In this document: positions 57,126 through 64,000 of the stretch, in pieces
Numbering within the stretch: the first letter of the stretch is position 1
Layout of the letters: every line of letters begins with the position of its first letter
Origin: Minutocellus sp. GHC0000111
Taxonomy: Eukaryota
DNA length: 64,000 nucleotides
Direction: 5' to 3'
Assembly: GCA_977018835.1 (NCBI GenBank)
Contig: OZ361256.1
Location: forward strand, 4,278,001 to 4,342,000
The notes under the pieces: model-generated
Database searches by the model: none
Seen by the model: the letters and a program-made list of their open reading frames with translations, nothing else
What the model was told of the DNA's origin: nothing
Made by a program: the position numbers and the translations under genes

Positions 57126-58258
57126 CTAGAAAGGCACCTCCCTACTTCTCACCCCCACCGCACCACCGGGCATCCTCCAGTTCCTGATCGAAAGGGTGGT
57201 TGCCCAGCGGATTGTATAGATGGAACTCGGTCTGCAGGGTTGGGTCGGCTGATTGTCCCTCGGGTAAGTGAGAAGGAGGCCGGAAATAGCTGAGAGGGTG
57301 GTATGGATCCGACAGGCTCGGTCTTTGTTGAGCAGGTGGCTGTCGACCACTCACAATGCCCGGACGCCACTCTGACAGTACCACCTGCTCGTGTGCATAC
57401 TGCGAGAATTCCTTTTGCGTAACGATGATGCTTCCCGGTATGCTGCCGATTGCTGAGAGGGTGAGGTTGGGATAGAGATTCGGCGTGCTGAGGATGTCAG
57501 AGTCGAGGGCGGTACATGTACCAGCCGGTTTCTCGGTAAAAGACAAAGATGAAAACGTGATCTTGGTGGGAGGTGATGCACCCTTGCGCTTCTTCAGCAC
57601 GGGCAATTGTATGGGTACCTAGGTACGTGGGCAGCGATGGTCGGGGACGGGCAAGTCGTGGGGAGATTCGTTATGATGGCACCGGCGGCCTGCTCAGTAG
57701 GCTGGAACATATCAATAGCCTCGGTCAAGAAGTCGGCCGTTGTCTTTGGTTTCTCGTCCTCCTCGTCCTCCTCCTGATCATGGGTGGATTGACCACCCTT
57801 CTTCTTGCTCTCGGCCCGATGTTTGCGAACAGCAGCCTGAACGAACTGCTCGACCTCCGGGGGAATGCTGTACCTAGGTAGGTCCATTTCTCACCCTTTT
57901 TGATCTCACTCTGGTATCGCTCACTACGCCACAGGTTGCTCAAAGCAGTCGCGGAGCGGCCTGGAAGGAGCAGCTTGGAGATCAACACCCAACGTGTTGG
58001 CTCTGAGCCCAAAGCTCTCTGCCCAAGCAAAAGCTTCTGATTTTCCTCAGTGCTCCACTTCTGACTGGTACGATTGTGCTTGGCGCGGCGGTCTTCCAGT
58101 TTTGGTGCACCCTTCCTCTGACTGAACGACGCGATGGCAGCCGCGGCAGCCTCGGTTGCCGCTACAATGTCCTTTTCCTCTTCCTCATCGTCATCGTCAA
58201 GGTCGACGAGATCAGGGGTGGGAGGGGAGGAGGGCGGCGATGCATCCTCCTCTTCCAT
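57126..58258 (-). pseudogene. Myb/SANT-domain gene disrupted by two 8-bp palindromic insertions
   Basis: KWSTEENQKLLLGQRALG...RWVLISKLLLPGRSATALSNLW. ORFs 57725-58258, 57594-57887 and 57142-57606 fuse into one frame when TACCTAGGTA (57871-57880 and 57616-57625) is reduced to TA. Confidence 0.75.
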
Positions 58259-58506
58259 CTTTTCCTTTAGATTTAGAATGAGATAATTTTCTGAAATGAT
58301 CCACCCTCATTTGAAAAAATGTTTCTAAACTCTAATCATATGCACAAAATGTATATATCCTAAATTGAACCAGACCAAAACTCGGCCTCTCTTCATTCAA
58401 TCGATGCAACCTTATCTACTCCTTGTCGGTCGCCACACAACACGCCATCACTTTCAGCTTCGTCAATTGAACCAATCAAAACTCAGTTTCTCTGCCCAGG
58501 ACTAGA

Positions 58507-61290
58507 CTATTCATCCCCGATCACCATCTTCACCTCACGAATCGAGGACCACTTGTTCACATCAGATCCATAGCAAATGATTTTAATGTGACGTGCTTGT
58601 TCCGTCTCGTCGAATTTGTATGATTCAGGAACATTGCCACCACTAGACGTGCTGTTACCCGAATAGGCCTGGCGCCAAGTATTTCCATCCATGGAAGTTT
58701 CCACTTCGAATTGGTAGGATCTTCCAGTACCGTACCATAAAATGCTGATTCCCGACAACGTCATTTCATCCTCCAGCTCACGTGAGATCCAGGCCCCAAC
58801 CTTGTTCGTTGCCCAACGCGTCTCTGGATCGTTATCGAATGCGTTCGATGGCCCGTTTCCAATCTCGGCATGGCTGGCTCGAAACATTCCTTCCACAATG
58901 ATGCTGCTCGATTCCTTTGTAATTACCGTGGCGTCTGGATCATAGGTCCAAACGACTCCATCGACAAGGTCAGATGTTGCGTCTTTTACCAAGATTTCAT
59001 TTTCGCCAAGCTTGAGGTCGACGTTCTCCCACTGGACAATACCGAGATCATCTGGTTGGCGAACTCCAATGGAAACATTGTTGACAAAGAGCTCAACCTC
59101 TGGCACATTCGCATACACCTTGATAGGCGTCGACCCTTCAATCCGGACCACATGTCGCTTGCTTGTGAGGTGAACAATGGGAAGATCCTTCCGCCAATTG
59201 GCTTGATAAAAGTAGAAGGCGTCCTTCTTGGTATTGTGATCATGGGTCATGAGGCCCTTGTCGTTGACGCCAGACCTGTCGCCTTCGTCTCGCCGATCTG
59301 AGCTAAAGTCAAACATTAGCCAAATGTAACTAGCCCACGTTGGTTGATACCGGACGATGTCATTGTACTGCGACTCGTGGAGATAGGCTTGCCATTGTTC
59401 AGGGTGCCACTTGCCTTTGGGTTCGACGTGGTAAAGATCCTGGCTTTGGTGCAGGATGGATCCACCAGCCCCATATTCGGCAATCGACAATCCACCGTTT
59501 CCACTACCCGCATTGTAGCGCTCCATACCTTTCTTCAACGCATGAGGGTCGGTACCATACCAGCCTGGATAATAATTCACACCGTAAGTGTCGGTGATGG
59601 TATTCAAGTCGTCTCGATTCCGATTGGTCGCCTGAATGGTGAATCTCGACGGGTCGGTCTCCTTGGACAGATCATTGAGTGATCTGAGGAGATCGAATGG
59701 ATCATCCGTCGTCCTCTGAAACATTTCGTTGGTAAGTCCCCATGTATAAATCGAATGATGATTGCCAAGTTGCTTGATCATTTCGAGCAGCTGTTGACGA
59801 GCATCGAGAGAAAACTCGGGTGTGTCCCTCATCTCGTTGACGAGTGGAATCTCGGCCCAAACGAGTAGTCCGAGCTCATCGCATAGCTCATGGGAGAGAG
59901 CCGCGTGAGGATAATGCGCTAGCCGCACCGAGTTGGCACCGAGTTCACGCACGAGGGCAAAGTCTTCACGGACTTGATCGTCGGTCAAGGCAGCGCCCAT
60001 GTTTTGGTGATCATAGTGCATGTTGACACCTCGAAGTGGAAACGGTTTGTCGTTGAGGTAGAATCCCTTTTCAGGGTCGACACGGACGAATCGGAAGCCA
60101 ACCTTCTTGGTGTATCGGTCAACAATTTGGCTTTGATGCAACAGGGAAACGTTGAGAGTATAATGGTATGGGTCCTCGATTCCATGCCAAAGATGGGGAT
60201 TGGCGATGGACAGGATTACTTCTGCTTGGAGAGTACTTCCCGATGGGACAAGGACCTCTACGATATCTGATGCCACAATAGTTTCAGTGGCGTCGTTCAA
60301 AGCAACAACAACGGAGGCAGCTTCGTCCTCTTGCATGACGGTACTATCCAGCACGACATTCACACGAAGTGATGCCAATTCTTCGCTCACATTCTCCTGA
60401 AAGATTCTCACTCCCTGAGATGCATCGTCGAGCTGGGAAAAACAGATGGGAGCATCCTTGACCACCAGATCGACCGGCCGATGGATGCCTCCCGCAACGG
60501 TAAAGTCGCCACTGAGAGGCATTATGTCATCACGGTAGGAATTATCGGCGAGGACGCGAATATCACACGTGCCATTGGCATCAATATGCTTGGTAATCTC
60601 GATGGTGAATGCAGTGTATCCTCCCTCATGATGACCCACCTCGATGGAATTGACGTAGACGGTAGCCACCGTACCGACTGCTTGAAAACGGAGAAAGTAG
60701 CGCTTCTTGGGGTCATAGTTGGCAATGTTGAGGGAATGCTGATACCACCCAGGACCGCGGTAGTAGTTGTCGCCTCCATCTTGGCCATCGTGGACATTCC
60801 AGGAATGTGGGACAATGACATCTTCCCAAGAAGCTGGGTCTTGAAAGAGGCGAAGGGCGTCGTCGTTGTTGTCGTCGTCGCCCTTGACGAAACGCCAGTT
60901 TTGGAGACGGCCGGCATCGGTATTAGAAGCTGAATCGGTGGGGGTATCGGCATCATTTGGCTTGACTTCAGGGTCATCGGCACGAAACGCGGCTGCTAGG
61001 CCAGCAGCGATAGCGCCGAAAACAACCAGCAGCGCAATGGCCACTATTAGAATCAACTTTCTACTTTTCTTCGCATCTTGCGACTGCTTCTGCTGGTCGG
61101 CCGAGGATGGTGAAGGTGACGCGTACTCTTCGTCGGAAGATGACGAATCAGTGGGGAATCCATCCTCCGTCACGGCCATGCCACCCCAGAGAGAGGCGAA
61201 CCATACGGGATCGTTGGGACCGATCGACGCCGCGGGAGCGATGTCATTGTCGCTGGCGTTTTCTTTGGTATCATTCCAAGTCGTTGTCAT
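58507..61290 (-). CDS. Glycoside hydrolase family 2 (beta-galactosidase/glucuronidase-like) with N-terminal membrane anchor and C-terminal F5/8 (CBM32-like) domain
   Basis: VPHSWN, YYRGPGWY, GHHEGGYTAF, GGIHRPV, RLAHYPH, WGLTNEM (acid/base), IAEYGAG (nucleophile), NDKGLMTHD, NAFDNDPETRW; single exon, 927 aa. Confidence 0.92.
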   Translation of the reverse strand: MTTTWNDTKENASDNDIAPAASIGPNDPVWFASLWGGMAVTEDGFPTDSSSSDEEYASPSPSSADQQKQSQDAKKSRKLILIVAIALLVVFGAIAAGLAAAFRADDPEVKPNDADTPTDSASNTDAGRLQNWRFVKGDDDNNDDALRLFQDPASWEDVIVPHSWNVHDGQDGGDNYYRGPGWYQHSLNIANYDPKKRYFLRFQAVGTVATVYVNSIEVGHHEGGYTAFTIEITKHIDANGTCDIRVLADNSYRDDIMPLSGDFTVAGGIHRPVDLVVKDAPICFSQLDDASQGVRIFQENVSEELASLRVNVVLDSTVMQEDEAASVVVALNDATETIVASDIVEVLVPSGSTLQAEVILSIANPHLWHGIEDPYHYTLNVSLLHQSQIVDRYTKKVGFRFVRVDPEKGFYLNDKPFPLRGVNMHYDHQNMGAALTDDQVREDFALVRELGANSVRLAHYPHAALSHELCDELGLLVWAEIPLVNEMRDTPEFSLDARQQLLEMIKQLGNHHSIYTWGLTNEMFQRTTDDPFDLLRSLNDLSKETDPSRFTIQATNRNRDDLNTITDTYGVNYYPGWYGTDPHALKKGMERYNAGSGNGGLSIAEYGAGGSILHQSQDLYHVEPKGKWHPEQWQAYLHESQYNDIVRYQPTWASYIWLMFDFSSDRRDEGDRSGVNDKGLMTHDHNTKKDAFYFYQANWRKDLPIVHLTSKRHVVRIEGSTPIKVYANVPEVELFVNNVSIGVRQPDDLGIVQWENVDLKLGENEILVKDATSDLVDGVVWTYDPDATVITKESSSIIVEGMFRASHAEIGNGPSNAFDNDPETRWATNKVGAWISRELEDEMTLSGISILWYGTGRSYQFEVETSMDGNTWRQAYSGNSTSSGGNVPESYKFDETEQARHIKIICYGSDVNKWSSIREVKMVIGDE

Positions 61291-61661
61291 GGTTTGCTAT
61301 CGAAAGTGGCGTGATTACATTCTTCGATTCATTCAATTGGCTTGGTTCCCGATTTGTATGTGAATGGAGGTGTTATTTGTGGTACAGTGGCGCATCGGCA
61401 CGACGCCGAACGAGGTGAGTTCCGATGGAAGTTCTCCGGCCGACCTACTTGGCTGTTATGCGACATGCCGAGGCGGTCGATCTTGCCGAGGACGACACGA
61501 AGTCTTGAGGACTGCAGAGGGACCGGGTAGGCTCGCGGGACCAAAACCAGCCATATTAGCGCAAGCACGACTTGATACAGCAATGGGACATGTAGATCAT
61601 TATACCATTTAGGTCTACTGCGTAGACTGCTACTAGGCTAGTGCTCAAACCTGTCGCCACA

Positions 61662-62754
61662 TCATTCGCTATCACTTTCAGATTCCTCATTGACACCTGC
61701 CAATACCAAGACCGCCAGCAATTCCTCCACAGTTATTATTTCTTTGGTAACAGCCAAGGCATCCTTAATCCTCGCGACACTCGCTTTAGATCGAACTGCG
61801 CCAACATAGTCGCTTATTTTTCTCAGCACACCCTTGAGTGGCGCGAGGCAAGCGTTGGCACTGGTCGTTCTACCAGTAGACGACATGAGTTGGTTCCAGA
61901 AAGTGCGGCCTTCCCCACTTGAGATAGCTTTATCAACCAGTAACGAAGCTGTCTCGGCGCATCCAATTCTCACAGACAGTATTCTTTTCAAGTTCGAGGC
62001 GGAATATGGAGGATTGGGCAATGTACCGAGCAAAAACGTGTGGAAGGCATGATTTGCTTGGAGCCTTTTCGTCAGCCAACCACGAAGGATATCTCTCGTT
62101 TTGTTCAAATAATATTCTTCCGCCTTGGGATACATCTCATAGATGAGGCGTACAGCTTTTTGCCTATCTGCCTGGCCCGAATCATTTTCCAGGAACCCGT
62201 TCGATACAAGCCACATTATGAAGTCGGCCCTTGCAATGTATACATTATCACCATCTTCTTCTTCTTCTTCTTTAACATCATCCTCGTCAGGGACACGAAA
62301 CCAAAAGCATAATCTATTGATAACCGTACTGCTGTGAAGACGATGATCAAGTTTTTTCAGCATTTCATCTTGCCCCGTGCTGATAAAGCCACTTCATGAC
62401 GTCCACATGCCAAAGACTTGCCGCTGCATAAAGCGGGAACTGGAATACCGGTGATCCCCTATCTGTCTTATTCTCATCTGTCGCTGTTATTGTTGATGCG
62501 CCACGGACGTGGAAGAGATATCGGCACATGGGTAGGTCACCGTGGTACGCAAAGTGAGCCATGGGAGTGATGTTCTTCCATGTATTATCAAGCCACTGAT
62601 GATCTACCAAGTCCGACCGAGCGGTGTGCGCATCATCTGGGTCAAAGCCGGCCTCCCGCAGTTTCTCCCGAGCGGTCTTGTCGTCCTCGATGGGACCGTC
62701 GGCGTTGTACGCCTTGTGCCTCTTGGCGGCCGGCTGATCATCACCAGAGGACAT
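61662..62754 (-). CDS. Ankyrin-repeat-type protein of an expanded family; frameshift near 62368
   Basis: TPMAHFAYHGDLPMCRYL, FPLYAAASLWHVDVMKWLYQHGA, FHTFLLG, GVLRKISDYVG; paralog at 1-266. Confidence 0.75.
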
Positions 62755-62952
62755 GCTGCAAAAGTAACAGTGCGTTATGGATACAAATAGCCAAACGAAA
62801 GAGCGACAGGCAGCACGACCAATTGACTGCAACGCAAGCAAACGGAACGGAACGGCACGGCGGTGGTGGTGGCAAAAAATGGGGCGTGGCGCTGAAACGG
62901 CGAAATCCAAGTCAAACGTCGCCGAGCATGAAAGAGTCCAAAGCGGCGCCCA

Positions 62953-64000
62953 ATGAAGCACAGGAGGCACAGAAGATTTACCGCTGCGTCTCTGATGTTT
63001 TGCGGAGCCTCGCTCTGCTTTGTTTGTGATTCAAAGTCGAGCACAGCAGCAGCCTACGTCGTCCAACCGCATTCCGGCCGGCGACGTGTCCGACAAACGC
63101 ACGTGCTGCATTCCGACAATCTCTCCAAGCGTTCAGATAAACCCAGGCATTGGTATCTGCCTACCAGTACATCATTATGCTCTAGCAATGAAGGTGATGG
63201 CTTTCCTCCTCGAATTCATGACGACGATAGCAGTCGACGGATCGACAACGTCCGCCGCATCTTCGCCATCTCCGACCTTCACACCGACTCGCTAGAGAAT
63301 ATGCAGTGGCTCGTCGATCGGTGTACTGCTGCCGATGGTACTGCCAATGAGAATGATGGTGATAACGAAAACAACAAATCATCACGTCTAACACCAGGAC
63401 CAAACGATGCACTTATCATCGCCGGAGATATCTCACACGACCTCGACATCATCCGCGATACCCTATCGACAATTGTAAACAATCTGCAATGCCACACCTT
63501 CTTCATTCCTGGCAATCATGAGGCATGGATCGGTGGTAGCAAGATGGACGGCATGGGACTGACTGATTCCTTCGCCAAGCTTGAGAAGGTGGTGGAAGTA
63601 TGCGATGCGTTGGGGGTCCATACCACTGCCAAGCTACTGATAGGGGGTTCCGGTGGCAATGGTGACGATGATGGCGATGATTCCAACAATCGCCATGCTG
63701 TATGGGTCGTGCCCATGTGGAGCTGGTATGATGGGTCGCTGGTCTTGCCGGGGTGCGAAGATTTGAGTTGTGGACTTATCAGCTGGCCTTGGGTGGACTT
63801 TAAACGATGCGATTGGGGCGAGAAGTATCAAGGGATGAGATTACAGGGGGATACTGACAAGAAGAGCGAGGTCGATGCCAGATTCACTGTCCCTGGTTGT
63901 GAGAGAGTACCATCCCAAGAACTTACCAAACTGTTACTGTCTTGGAATGATCCGTCATTTGAAGCCGTGAGACAAAGTTCTGTCGAAAACCTGATTACAT
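62953..64000 (+). CDS. Calcineurin-like metallophosphoesterase, 3' end outside the window
   Basis: Manual translation from ATG 62953 (MKHRRHRRFTAASLMFCG...) contains RIFAISDLHTD, LIIAGDISHD and FFIPGNHEAW. Not in the ORF track because it has no stop in the window. Confidence 0.88.
   Translation, partial: MKHRRHRRFTAASLMFCGASLCFVCDSKSSTAAAYVVQPHSGRRRVRQTHVLHSDNLSKRSDKPRHWYLPTSTSLCSSNEGDGFPPRIHDDDSSRRIDNVRRIFAISDLHTDSLENMQWLVDRCTAADGTANENDGDNENNKSSRLTPGPNDALIIAGDISHDLDIIRDTLSTIVNNLQCHTFFIPGNHEAWIGGSKMDGMGLTDSFAKLEKVVEVCDALGVHTTAKLLIGGSGGNGDDDGDDSNNRHAVWVVPMWSWYDGSLVLPGCEDLSCGLISWPWVDFKRCDWGEKYQGMRLQGDTDKKSEVDARFTVPGCERVPSQELTKLLLSWNDPSFEAVRQSSVENLIT

Noticed and set aside
2940..62368. Programmed ribosomal frameshifting as a shared mechanism
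   Set aside because: No common slippery motif or direction across sites; most fit single-base homopolymer errors.

Overview
Gene-dense eukaryotic nuclear DNA, most likely from a diatom or close ochrophyte relative (inference from short GT-AG introns, signal peptides ending in xxA-F plastid-type motifs, an RRLQ processing motif and families I recognise as diatom-typical). About 33 genes or gene remnants are supported. They include IMP4, a dihydrouridine synthase, TRM8, an RlmN-type methyltransferase, a two-domain RluA-type pseudouridine synthase, SMC6, a guanylate cyclase, a GH2 glycosidase, a Cys-rich lipase and a large FG-GAP/TSP3-type surface protein. More than ten genes are split by 1-2 nt indels, mostly in homopolymers, so the assembly is probably error-prone and the ORF track fragments real genes. 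Three things stand out. (1) Short palindromic insertions of the form TA-[palindrome]-TA are dense in non-coding DNA, and removing two of them exactly repairs both frameshifts of a Myb-domain gene; they look like excision footprints of TA-targeting DNA transposons. (2) A 1.55 kb internally deleted non-LTR retroelement has a perfect 16-bp target-site duplication and a (GAACT)n tail. (3) A 239-bp hAT-type MITE has an 8-bp target-site duplication. I saw no rRNA, tRNA or CRISPR array. All family assignments come from motif recognition by eye; no database was searched.
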